Shown: positions 11,878 through 24,743 of the stretch, piece after piece | Layout of the letters: every line of letters starts with the position of its first letter | Position numbering within the stretch: position 1 is the first letter of the stretch | From: Eledone cirrhosa | Taxonomy: Eukaryota | NCBI GenBank assembly: GCA_964016885.1 | Contig: OZ024742.1 | Span: 233,678,001 to 233,742,000, forward strand | Direction: 5' to 3' | Length of the DNA: 64,000 nt | Notes under the pieces: generated by a model | Databases searched by the model: none | Told to the model about the DNA's origin: nothing | Seen by the model: the letters and a program-made list of their open reading frames with translations, nothing else | Made by a program: the position numbers and the translations under genes

Positions 11878-14294
11878 TAATAGACCAGTAAACTGTAAGA
11901 GCCTATTTTAGCTTATATTTGAGGAATAACATGATTTTGGTTTTCCTATAATTCTAAATATATATTATTACTTTAAGTTTATATGCATTTCTTTGTCTTT
12001 CCCATTATGTTTAATATTTATCTATATTCTTAGTTTATATTACTACTGTAATAAATTCCGTCACAAGTTTATTGATTTTTGTTAGTATTTCTTTTTAAAT
12101 TATTTTATCGATATTTTTTATTTATTTGTTTACTACACTTTTGGGGTAAACTTTAATTTCTATAATTAAAGAGGTCGTGGCTTTTATTGGCTCGTTTAAA
12201 TTAGGGTTTCACAGAGGATATTACATAGATGTCGACATTCTCTATTCTCATTACGAGATAAATTTGTTGGTACAATTAATGTATACAAACGTTATACGTA
12301 TGTCATATATACTTGAGTTAAACGTAGGTAATATGTCTTAAATGTTTAGTGGTATAATTGTGTGGATGTAAGAGATTATGGGATGTAGAGGGATTTTCTT
12401 AATGTTTTAGCGTTATTGTTAATACATAGGTGTTGGACTGGCAGGATCATTGGAACGGCGGACAAAATATTTTGTGGTATTTAGTTCTGGTCCTTTACGT
12501 TGAGTTAAATTCCTGCCAATGTCAATTTTTCTTCCATCCAGAAGTCGATAAAATAAAATTCAACGCAAGTACTGGGTCAATTTAATCGAATGATACAGGT
12601 GTATTCAAGGAAGAGACCATGGCTGAGAATCCCGAACAAATCCTCTTAGTGTTGCTTGCGTATTAAATGTGAATGAGGGAGTAAACTCCGAAAGCTATTG
12701 TATTCCTGTGAGGAGGAATAACCGCCAGATATTATTAGCTTCGAATGACATGATTATGGAACAAATGTCACATGAATCCTATAGTAAACGAGCTATGGGG
12801 GGGGGACGTACCTCATTGCACATGATGCAAATAGAAAGAAGAAAATGAAAACATATACGAAAATTGAAATGTTTTCATTAGTTCGGGCCTTAACATAAGA
12901 CAAGAAAAAGAAACGACTGTTTGATTTTTTTATGGATTAGCCGGGACAAAAGGTAGCACCTACTGCATTTTGTAAGGCCTTCTGAGTCAAATAGTAGAGA
13001 AAGGGATGGAATAAACCACGACTTGAGGGTTGAAATGTAAAATAAGTATGTGGTTTTCATTAAAAGTCATTTAAATTTCTGATCTACTAATTTAGAAAAT
13101 AAGATTTATATAATATACACCTATTGAACATCTTATTATATCTGAGTATACAGGTTAAAAAATTAAATTTATCACTTGGGAGTAGATATAGTTTAAACTA
13201 TACCATTGACAGTAGTTGAGAAACCTTGCTCATCAGTGCGGCTTTAAAAGCAGCGGAGTTTATTTTGCTTCAAAAGAAAAATATAGGTGTACAACGTGCT
13301 TTGAGTAGTTATCTTAATTTTTGTTTCGGTTTTTGTTTTTACTATATTTATTCTATAAAAATTAAAAACCATTCTTGTGTGGCATGTTATGTTTTTGCCG
13401 CCCTGCACAAGCAGTGCTGAGATAAAAGGGCATTCCAGCTGGGACCATATTGTCTCATTTTTATTTTATTTTATTCGTACTATATTGTTACATTATCCAA
13501 CTATATAAGACGATAGGGTATGATTTGAGGGAGATTTGGCGGCCATGTCTAACAGGTTATGCGACAGCATAGAGGCCATCCTATTGTTTAGTGGTCTTCT
13601 ATGTTAGAGTATTTCTGTAACAACTTTCCATCTAAACGCTATTGATAAAATACACTGCTGATTTCTTTTTTAAATATATGCTTTTTTGTTATATTATTTA
13701 TTTTTTGCTATACACATTCATTGAAAATGTATGGTGTTTGTCTCTAATCTAAATGGTGGTAAATTTAGACATATTAATTTCTAACAGATATAATGTCTCA
13801 TATTTGGACGGAAATCGTACAGTCTATTATATCAACTCCAGTAATTCAATAACGCTTACTTTATCGATTCCGGACGGATGAAAAATAAAGTTCACTTTGG
13901 TAAGATTCGAAATCAAAACGTAACGAGATGTAACTGAATACTGCAATAAAAACGTATGATATATATTAAACATCACATTTTCGATTTTAAAAAATATAAC
14001 AATCAATAAAACACTCAATAAAATAAAATAAAAACAATTTTTACAAAATATATAAGAAACGATAGTGGACTTGATTGAAGAGTATAACTTTTTAAAATCC
14101 TCATAATGTCTCAATATGTTCTGTTCATTTTTAATATTTAAGGCCTTTCTGGTGAAATAATTATCCAAATTCACTAGAATGAAGGCGTTAGATATTGCAA
14201 TATCAAGAATGTTAACAGTCAAGGCAGCAGTAGCATTAAATAGCTTGCATTGTAGTTGAAGGACGACAATCAATAAAACAAGTAAAACAATGTC

Positions 14295-14431
14295 TCATAC
14301 TGGAATTTCATTTTTCGTAATGTATAATTGGCTCTTATTTCTCATTGATAAACGACGTAATACTTTGCCGCGGCGGATTTCACTGACCAATTTATCAACA
14401 ATTTTACGATCGTCTTGTTTGGGAAGAAAGA
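14295..14431 (-). CDS. INF2: INF2-like formin, terminal exon with DAD/WH2
   Basis: ctatttcag|VFLPKQDDRKIVDKLVSEIRRGKVLRRLSMRNKS...EIPV*; resembles INF2 DAD/WH2 VIDALLADIRKGFQLRKT. Confidence 0.88.
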
Positions 14432-16014
14432 CTGAAATAGAAAACAAAGGAATGCAAATTGATAACTTTCCATGATAGCAAAATATTGGTTTCATTTAAA
14501 GGAGTTCACAGATTTTAAAGGGGAATAAAGAAGTTGTGACGGTGTCCTTTTTTCCAAGATGTGAGAGTAAAGTGAACAGATTCTGTAATAACATTTTCAC
14601 ATGTATATAGCTCTGAATAAGAGCTTCAAATAGAAATTTTGTAGATGTGATTGTTATTTGTATTTAGTCATGTGACATCAATGATGCTACACATTTTACG
14701 CTTTAGCGTCATTAGAATAAGGTTAGGAATTAGCTGGTCTTTTACCTGAATGAAGGCTCTACATATTGCTTCAATAATGTATGTAAAACATCCCAGGGCT
14801 TTGTTATCGAGTTTACGTATTTGTTTTGTATTGCTCTTTTCATTTTGTCTGTCGCTGATTACCAGATTCTGCGTAAACCTCACCCCAACCGTTCTTGTAA
14901 TTTATCACAATAATACCCCCTCGTTCGGTTCTCTTGTGAAAACCTACACTATTATTATCATAATTATTTTGAGGTATCAGAGACAAGAGAGATTGAACGA
15001 AAGCCATCACAATTTCCCTTTACGTTCTGAATCCCAAACTCACCGGGTTCCATTTTGATTACCAACATTCCGATGTCAATAACGTAATTATCAGTAATAT
15101 AACAAATATAAGTTGTTTTAACAAAGTATATCCCCATGATTGTGTAAATGGATTGCTTTCTGCAAATTCGAACATTATCTTATTGTATGAAGCAACAATG
15201 TTGTTGCTTTATTTAAATTAACCCACTCATCCATAAAAACGTGGTACCTTTTGATAGCGAGGTTAACAAAAGCAGCATAGTATAGGAAACAACTATATGT
15301 GCATATACATGTTTTGAAACAAAATTTAGAAAAGACAAATGGTACAGCACAAGAGACGGTTTACAGTTGAAGCAAATAACTCTCTTGTAAATGTAGTTTA
15401 GATATCAGTTACCGAAAGGCATCTATCATTCCAGATGTAAACTCAACAGTTGGTCATATTTGGGCCTTGTTGGAAATTAATATCTAGTCAGTAGCAAAAT
15501 ATTTAACAATATTGTTACAGATTATCAAATATTTTTATTTCGTAATTATATAGGTTATGAAAAACATGTTTCATCATGCCTTCTTTACTCTACATCTGAT
15601 ATTGTTTTTGACATGTTTATTATGAGAGCACATTTAGCTGAGTCAATAGTGTACCAGACAAGACGTCAGTGATTCATATCCGGTCTCAGGTGCTGCAGTA
15701 TGCCCATAGTCAAGATAACGCCCAATAGTTAAATTTACATATTACTAGACAATAGCAGTACTGTGAAGTCAAGAGATTCATTGGCTTGAATTTCTGCTGA
15801 AGGCACATTAACTGGTACATGTGTGCGATATCTCAATGGAGGCCTATCTCTTGTTCAGGTAATGCAATAAGAACTAAGGATAAATGCCAGCACTAGGAAC
15901 CTTTGTGATTCATAAAAGAATTAAAGGTATTTTAGTATTTCTGTTATGGCCAGTAATATTTATGTATGCGTCTATCGTATATTTAATATTTAATATATAT
16001 AATATATACAATAC

Positions 16015-16096
16015 CTTTTCTTTTTTCGGCCAACTGTGATTGACTTTTAAGTCTTTGCTCCATTTTTTTGGCTTGCTCCAATCTATTTGAATTCTC
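16015..16096 (-). CDS. INF2: INF2-like formin, post-FH2 helix exon
   Basis: tttctacag|ENSNRLEQAKKMEQRLKSQSQLAEKRK(g)|gtattg; phase 0->1. Confidence 0.85.
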
Positions 16097-16313
16097 CTGT
16101 AGAAAGAGATTTTAAAAAAATCTCATCAACATGTGTGAAATATTTCTTAACGGGGCAAACTATTTTAAAGAAATTAACTCAATACTTCCTTTTATTTTCT
16201 CAACTATCTGCTCAGCAACACAAATTTTCAGCTGACTCAATTAATAAAACGTCAGCTTATCAATAGACTGACCCTTTCTTTAATACACTATATATTTAAA
16301 AGATCGCACTTCC

Positions 16314-17395
16314 CTACTGCTCGGGAAATCTCTCAGCAACAAGGATCATGCCAGAAATTCGTGGGCGAATACGAGCAGGGCTGCGGTGTGTCTTTTGAAG
16401 GCATAAGATGTCACATCTATGTTGGATACACAGGTCCGCCAAGAGATCTTGCTTGGCGCCAGTGAGAGCTTCAATGTTAGATGAGATAATGCTCAAGGTC
16501 AGTCCTGAAGAGGACCCGTGTTTGTGAACTCGAGCCTCATCGACACTGGGGGTTCGGGAAGTCATGATGAAATAAGTCCGACAGATAAAGTCAGTAGCGT
16601 AAGTATAGCGTGTAGTATAACATGCAATATAGCGCATAGTATGTAGTTTGCGTAAATGAGATAACTCAATCCGACAATTCTTTGTGGATCTCAACGGAAA
16701 ATGCAGTCGATGGCAGTCACAGAAGAATGGCCTCCATCAAGGTAGAGTACTTGATCCCCTCCTCTTAAATATTTACATAAATGACCAGCCCGTCCACCCA
16801 AATACTAGGAGCTTCCTCTATGCAGATGATCTCTGCATTCCAGAAGTAACATTTCAAGGAAGTTGAGACCTCACCTACTAGCGTTATGGGGGCCTTATCC
16901 TATACTATGCTGTCAACCACCTTTGAGCCAACTCTGACAGGAACTAAATCTGTGCCTTCCACCTACGGAACAGGGAAGCTAACCGCCAGCTCAAGATCAA
17001 CTGGTATGGAAAACAGTTAGAGTACATTTCCAAGCCTATCTCCCATGAGATCACTCTGGACCGGTCCCTTACATACAAGAATCATATTGCACAGATTAAA
17101 GCCAAGGTCGGAACAACAAGCAACATCCTAAAGAAGCTGGTTAACACCAAATTGGGTGCCCAAGCTGGTGCAATCCACACGACAGCCCTAGTCCTTTGCT
17201 ACTCCACAGCAGGATACGCCTCACCAGTGTGGAACATATCATGACATGCAAAGAAAGTTGACCCTGCCCTGAACGTCTCTTGCAGATCAATCACTAGTCT
17301 TAAGCCAACCAAAGTGGTAAACCTCTACTTGCTTAATGGCATTGTTCCCCCCTCACATCAGAACAACAGTCCACTCCCAATTTGAAAGATATGGT
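16314..17395. mobile_element. RTE-X-like LINE with inverted 5' part
   Basis: APE endonuclease start (IISSNIE...CDILCLQKTH) on - at 16314-16560; RT (QKNGLHQG...YADDL) on + from 16684. Confidence 0.8.
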
Positions 17396-17524
17396 TGAGA
17401 TATACAAAGCAACATCTACAGTCAGATATGAACTAGGATTCTAGATTCTACACATTTTATGGCACTTTAATAAGAACCCTCATGTATCCAAACACCAGAA
17501 AAAGTAAAATATATTTATAAATAC

Positions 17525-17689
17525 CTGCTGACAGTTTTTAACTTTGACACAAAATTCTCGAAATACTTCAAGAAATTCTGTTAAATTGAATGTCATCTCA
17601 TTTTCACAGTAATGTTTTGCAACAAACCGTGAACATTTATCTAAACGTTCAATAGATTTTTCAACTTCTTCTAAATCACATTCAGCATC
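17525..17689 (-). CDS. INF2: INF2-like formin, FH2 C-terminal exon
   Basis: ttgcag|DAECDLEEVEKSIERL...HYCENEMTFNLTEFLEVFREFCVKVKNCQQ|gtattt; 55 codons. Confidence 0.93.
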
Positions 17690-17932
17690 CTGCAATAGAG
17701 AAGAAAAAAAGACAGCAATAGCATCACTAAATATAACTGATTAGCCAATTAAACGATTATAAACTATTATTATTATTATTAAATCCCACCGGGGTTAACT
17801 TTGCCTTTCATCGATAAAATAAAGTACCAGTAATGCACTGAGATAATTGCTGACCTTGTGCCAAAAAGGAAAACAATTATTATTATTAATTACAAAAACG
17901 TCTTGTACGTTCACTGTAGGAGACATGACATA

Positions 17933-19098
17933 CGAGGGTTGGATGAGAAGTTCATAGTCTGACTATGAAGGAGTAATGCTAGAGCTGAGAAATCTTGCAT
18001 GCATTAATATAAACTCTTCTTACTGCGTTGTTTTTATTCGGGTAAACTGACATCTGACTGTTGAAAGAAGATTTCAAAAGTAACTAGTAACGATTTCTCA
18101 GAATTTGGTACAATGTGTTATCTGCAGGAAAAGGGGTTAGCCCCCAAGGACATTCATGCTATATTAGGAGATGACGCTCCAGCTTTATCAACATTACAAA
18201 GGTGACCAGCTGAATTTTGGATGGAAAAAAAGAGTCTTGAAGATGATCAAAGGTCTTGACGTCCTGCAACTTCCACCAAAGAGGAAAACATTGTTCACCA
18301 CATAGTGAAGATAACAGGCAACTGACTATAAATCAAATAGTCAATGCTATTAGCATATCCCCTGAGAGAGTTGGGAATATTCTGCACAATGAACGTGGCA
18401 TGACGAAGGTTTCTGCTCGGTGAGTGCCAGGTCTTCTGACATCTGACCAAAAGTGTATCAAGCTGATCGCACCATGGGAAAATCTGACATTGTTTAAGGC
18501 AGATCCAGCTGGTTTCCTTGAACGTTTTCTAACCCAGGATGAGTGTCTGATTCATCACATTGAACCAGAGACAATCTATGCAGTGGAAACACTCCTCCTC
18601 ACCTTCTCCAAAGAAGGCCATGGCCGTTGCACTCCATCAATAGAGAGCACTATGCCAACTTGCTGAGATAGTTACAAAAGGCTATCAAGACCATACATCC
18701 AAAAAAACTAACGAAAGGGGTCTTATTTCATTAGGTCACAGCTCCAGGACACAAGTCCTTGGTATCAATGGCTGCTGTGCGTGACTGTGGCTTTCAACTG
18801 GTTGATCACACACCCCGCCTATTCTCTTGATTTGGCCCCCATCTAACTACCATCTGTTCCCAACATGAAACAACACTTTGCTGGAAACCAGTATCACAAT
18901 GATGATGACGTCATATCTGTTGTTGATGACTTTTTTGACGAACAGGAAGAAACCTTTTTCACTAATGAGATCCAGGCACTGCTACACCGATGGAAGCAAT
19001 GTGTGAACCGCAAGATGGGCTATGCTGAAAGACAAACCTCATTCGGTCACATTTCATGAGTATCTTAGTTAGTCTATGAACTTTTCAGCCGACCATCG
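17933..19098 (+). mobile_element. Degenerate mariner transposon
   Basis: TIRs cgagggttggatgagaagttcatagtctgacta / tagttagtctatgaacttttcagccgaccatcg, TA on both sides; relics VSAR*VPGLLT, FLTQDECLIHH, PYSLDLAP. Confidence 0.92.
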
Positions 19099-20114
19099 TA
19101 AATCTATTGGTTAATCAGAATGCAGCGGCTTCAATTCGAGAAGTTTCAGATGTTTGGCAATAAGAACTTTATCTTTTGATTTCATGCAGTCCTGTGTTGA
19201 GTCTTCAACAGGCTTTTAAAATATGGTATTTCCAATCATTAGCAAATTTTCAAATCGACATCAGTAAAAAAGCAAAAAAAAAAACATAAGAAATTTTCTC
19301 ATACTAAGGAGTATTTTAAATTCTCATATTTGCATTAACTTGAAAGATCCGTTCCACAACTAGAGATTGGTTGTCAATATAAAAAAGAATTCTACATGTT
19401 TTTATTACGAAAAGTTGTAGTTTAAACAAATATGGTCAATTAGCTCTCTCATCAAGCATAAAGCAACAAAGAACTAATTATAGTGAGGAAGCTTTTCTAA
19501 TGTTCACAGTATGCAAGAAAATATAGGGACGCATAAGGATTATAGTTGTTGTTACTGTATAGACATAGTCTGTCTTGATCAAACATACACTTACGGTTCG
19601 CATGTGGCTAGTTGAATGACTAGATGCGATAACCAGCACTCCATACTTCTGTCTGGTTGATAACGAATATACAAATGCCCAATATACAAATGCCCAATCT
19701 GTTTTTGTAAACTTGTGTGTTATGTTGCGAGGTGGTCTCGATCAGTTTGCAAACTTACGATCAAAGACATACAAGCAGTGTGCTTGCTGCACCATATTAT
19801 CCAAAGCTTCTTTTTTTTTTCAAGACAGTAGGATGTATTTTGAAGGAGACGTGACCACTATTTCTAGCATGTCAAGTGACCATGTAGGGGCTACCTTGTT
19901 TAGTGTAATCGTTAACGCGGTCCCATGATTTTTCGTCTCTAATTATCTCTGGCAACATATGGGAGCTAATATGGTTTATTGATCTGGCTATGATGATTGT
20001 CTGTATATACTTTTTGTGATTATCTGGATTGAATAGTAAGGATAGTAGTCTTATTATTGTTTTCAAAATCTATATATAAGATAGTAGCTTTCTTATTTCA
20101 GTATTAAATGAGTA

Positions 20115-20163
20115 AACGTCACTGATGATGGATAAAGATCCTGTAATACTAGTATTTGGCGTT
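20115..20163 (+). ncRNA. Degenerate type I hammerhead ribozyme motif
   Basis: aacgtca-CTGATGA-t-ggat(aaag)atcc-tgtaa-tactagta-tt-tggcgtt; GAAA is mutated. Confidence 0.5.
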
Positions 20164-21774
20164 ATCTTACAGTTATTAAGGTAGCTGTGACATGATTACA
20201 GCTTTAGAATACTCATAGTGAGATTTATGTAGGTTTATTACACACAAACATTGTATATGCATTCATATACGCCTCTATTCTGAATAACGCTGTGTTAGAG
20301 CTACTGTTAATTATTTTCCTCGAGTTTAATAAAATAAAATAATTAAGATAACTAAGTGATTGAGTGATAATAAAAATATTCTTCAACAGAACATTTAGTT
20401 GATTATCAATCTAAAATTCTATGGACACTTTTGTGTGACATACGAGCTAGATATTTAAGTTCTCTAATTATTTTCATCATCATGTTATTTCTATACTTTA
20501 AGCATCTTCGAGCAAGTGTCTTATAATTTTTCTACTTTGGGCACAAGGCCAGCAATTACCCCCACTGCATTACTGATACTTTATTTTATCGACCCCGTAA
20601 GGCAAAGTTAACCTCGGTGGGATTTGAACTCAGACTGTAAAGGACTGTCATCAAGTGTCTTATATGCATGTGAGTCAGTTATCAACACATAGACAGAAAT
20701 CTTCTTCACGTTGAACAATTGTTTCTACTTTTGGCACAAGGCCAGCAATTTGATGGGACGGGAAAAGTCGATCAAATGGACCCCAATGAGGCACTGATAC
20801 TATATTTTATCGATCCAGTAAAGATGAAAGGCAAAGCTAACCTCGGCAGAATCTGAACTCAGAACTTAAAGGGCTGTACCTATATGTCGCAGAACACGTT
20901 GACTGGCGCTCTACCGGTACTGCCAACCCACCGCCCTCTCGGTGTTTAATAATGTATGATGCTGCAGCAATTTCAACATAAATATATTCTGTGGATGGCA
21001 GCGACTAGAATACTCGCGGTATTCGTTTCAGCTCTTAGTTCTCAGATTTAAATCCCGCTAAACCAACTTTGATTTGGGGTCAATAAAAAAATACCAATCT
21101 AGTACTGAAATAGATTCTTCCTCTATGTTCTTTTCTTGACACCACACACCTATATATATATATATATATTACTCTTTTACTCCTTTACCTGTTCCGTCTG
21201 CGGCCATGCTGGGGCATATATAACATGATAATTTGTAATTATCTGGTTAAAATTGACTATGTTCAGTCCCGGAAACGGGATGGACACTGCGCCAGCTATA
21301 AAGTGCCCAAGAAACGCCGTATGCTACGACGGCGCCCCTACGACTCCATCAAGAGTTACAGGTGTCCATATGTAGATATCTCCTGTCATTAAGCGGAAAC
21401 CACGAGTCGGGCATCGATAATGATTTGTACATTGAGCTGATCGATCGCGCAATGCGCGTCACATATGAATAAACATAATGATGATATTTGATACCTTGTT
21501 CCTACTCCTTATTATTATTATTCTTCGGTGGATTGGCAGTATCAGTAGAGCGTCGGATAACTTACTTCGGGGCATAGAGTTACGGCCTTTTACGTCCTGA
21601 GTTCAAATCCCGCCGAGTTTAGCTTTGCCTTTCATCCTTACGAGATCGATGAATAAAGCACCAGTAATGCACTGGGATAATTGCGATTTAATCGACTTTC
21701 TCCTCCCCCAAAATTGCTGGCCTTGTGCCTATATAGGAAACCCTTATTATTATTATATCTCACGTTCTACTCAC

Positions 21775-21895
21775 CTCCATGAATTCTTCAAACTGTTGCG
21801 ATATTTCAGTGTCTGCTTTATTAAGCTGATTTCGAACACGTTTCACATTATTCTGTAATTGCTTAAATTCTGATTTGATATTTTCTAGATTGAAT
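21775..21895 (-). CDS. INF2: INF2-like formin, FH2 exon
   Basis: attttag|RFNLENIKSEFKQLQNNVKRVRNQLNKADTEISQQFEEFME|gtgagt; phase 2->0. Confidence 0.92.
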
Positions 21896-22884
21896 CTAAA
21901 ATAAAATTAAATAGTTTAATTAGTGAAAACTGTTTTCTTCAGTGCATTGTATCATTATATAAAAATGTTGTCTCTTGCCTAGGTTGAAACAAAACCAGCG
22001 TTTTGTATCAGCCCAGGCAAGTTTCGACCGGAAAACAATGAAGAGAGACAACATTTTTATATAATGATACAATTTTTTTACTTAAAAAATCAAATTCAAA
22101 GCAATATCTCAATGTTACGGTAACCACTGTCAACAACGAGGCAAATCTATTTTGGAGTTTTTACTTGAAACGAAGGTTTTTTGGCACGTCGTTTGTTAAT
22201 GACAATTATGTTTAAATTGTCCAGTCTGCTGTGTGCCGTCAAATTTCCACAGATAAGTCTTGATCATCTGCTGCTTCTAAAAATGGCGTTCACAACCCAC
22301 ACTACATATATACTGCTGTGTTGAAGCAGTTTGAACAGGTCAAATGAGGCGTCTCCCGGGGAATGTAAAAACTCAGTCAACTCGGTTTGTATGACTTCCA
22401 CTTGATGAGACTCTTAGACACTCTTGTCTTCAGAGAGATACGTTATATGTACACGATGCAAAAAGCGGTGGATTGGTAAGGTCGTTAGAACGTCAAATGG
22501 AATGTTTTTTTGTAGTATTCATTCTGGTTCTGAGCTCTGACTTCAAATCCCACCTTCAGAGGTCAACTTTGCCTTTCATCCTTCAGAGGTCGATAAAGGT
22601 GCCAGTTTAGTAATGGGATCGATTTCTCCTCTATATCGCTTTCTCGTTTCCTCTTTCTATCACTCTTCTTCTCTGGATGACATCAGCTATGTTCAGACCT
22701 GGAAAGAGGGTGGGCTCCGTCGCATTTAGAATATCCCTACAACCTCATTAGACTCCATCAAGAGTTAAGGGTCCATATATACATATAGAGCAAAGAAAGT
22801 GAATGATAAAACTGATCCTCATGGCACTCAATTGAAAGAGAAAAAAAAGAGTCTTAACGGTTGTAATGAACAGAAACCTAATAT

Positions 22885-24743
22885 ATTGGTTTCTGATATA
22901 AGCACAAGGCCAACAATTTTGGGGGCGAGGAGAGTCAATTAAATCGACTCCAGTGCATTACTGGTACTTTATTTTATCGACCCCGTAAAGTCAAGCTAAC
23001 CTCAACAGGATTTGAACTCAGATCGTAAAGGGGTGTAACTATGTCACAAAGCATGTCCGACACTACCAATACTATCAATCCACCGCCCTCTCAGAGACCT
23101 AATTTATTAAAAGGCGGTTTGTCAGTCAAAATGTAATAGTATTATTAATAAATATAAAGGGCGGTGGATTGGTAGTACGGTAAAGAGTCGGACACCATGC
23201 TTTGCAGCATAGCGTTACGGTCCTTTGCCGTATGAGTTCAAATCCCGCCGAGGTTAACTTTGCCTTTCATCCTTACAGGGTCGATAAAATAAAACACCAG
23301 TAACGTACTGGGGTCGATTTAATCGACTTTCCCCTCCCCCCAAAATTACTGGCCTTGTGCCTATACTAGAAATCATTATTAATGAATATATTTTTTAATA
23401 TTTGTTCGGCAAACTTACCTTGTAGACTTTTGTAATGGTTCCAAGAGATCGTCAACAAATTTTAAGGCAGATTTGTCCTCCTTCTCACATTCATCTACAA
23501 TGTAATGAAGTAGAGAAATGCGAGCCACATTCGACCGTGTCATAACCAATTTGTTTAATGAACTAATACGGAAACCTAAAGCATCACCTGAAGTTGTACC
23601 CTATGAAAAAGAAAATTAAAAAACACATCACTTGCTGTAATTATAAGATAAAAAATGAGCAATGGAAAATATTTTCAAAATATAAAATAATTGTTTCTAT
23701 TTTTGGCACAAGGTCAGCAGTTATCCCAATGCATTACTGGTACTTTATTTTATCGACTCCGTAAGGATGAAAGGCAAAGTTAACCTCGGCAGGATTTGAA
23801 TTCAGACCGCAAAGGGACGTAATTCTATGCTACAAAGCATGGCGTCCAACCCTCTTCTGATACTGTCAATCCACCGCCCTTATATAAATTAATTAGAACT
23901 TATTTTTGTTCAATTAACTAAATCTTACTTGTAAATATTAAAATACGTTTTTGTCTATCTATTCTTAATACTTTATTTATGAATACATTTTCTATTAATT
24001 TTCATACATTCCAGAATACATAAAATAACTGGTCAGTGAAAATTTGTTTTAAAAAAATAATTTCAGATAGATTAGCACCTTCGATTTTTTTAATAAAGCT
24101 CTTTAAACTTTATTGACTATTAATAATAGTTTCTGATTTAGGAACAAGGCCAACAATTTTCTTTGGGGGGGGGGGGGACAAGTTGACTGGTACTTATTTG
24201 AACGATCCAGTCAAAATGAAAGGCAAAGCTAACCTTGGCGAGATTTGAGTTCAGTACGTAAAGGGCGATAACTATGCCACGAAGCATGTCTGACATTCTA
24301 CTGATACTACCAATCAACCGCCCTACTTGACAATTAATAATTGTTTCTACTTTAGGCACAAGGCCAGCAATTACCCACTGCATTACTGGTACTTTATTTT
24401 ATCGACCCCGTAAGGATGAAAGGCAAAGTCAACCTCGGCGGCATTTGAACTCAGATCGTAAAGGGACGTAACTATGCTGGAAAGCATGGCGTCCGACTCT
24501 CTACCGATACTGCCAATCCAATAATGAGTTCTAGTATCGGCACAAGGCCAGTAATTTGGGGGGAAGGGAAAGTCGATTAAATCGACCCCAGTGCATTACT
24601 GGTACTTTATTTTATCGACCCCCATAAGGATGAAAGGCAAAGCTAACCTCGGCGGGATTTGATCTCAGAACGTAAAAAGCCGTAAATCAATGCCGCAAAG
24701 CATGTTGTCCGACGCTCTACCAATTCTGCCAATCCACCGCCCT
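22885..24743. mobile_element. Cluster of family-A SINEs in mixed orientation around an FH2 exon
   Basis: Copies 22885-23088(-), 23159-23380(+), 23686-23879(-), and three (-) copies in 24122-24743. Confidence 0.9.
23419..23600 (-). CDS. INF2: INF2-like formin, FH2 exon
   Basis: tttcatag|GTTSGDALGFRISSLNKLVMTRSNVARISLLHYIVDECEK...|gtaagt; phase 0->2. Confidence 0.93.

Noticed and set aside
14746-14943. Extra formin exon (AG..GT bounded, near ORF 14668-14883)
   Set aside because: Contains a stop in the required phase; flanking exons already join in frame
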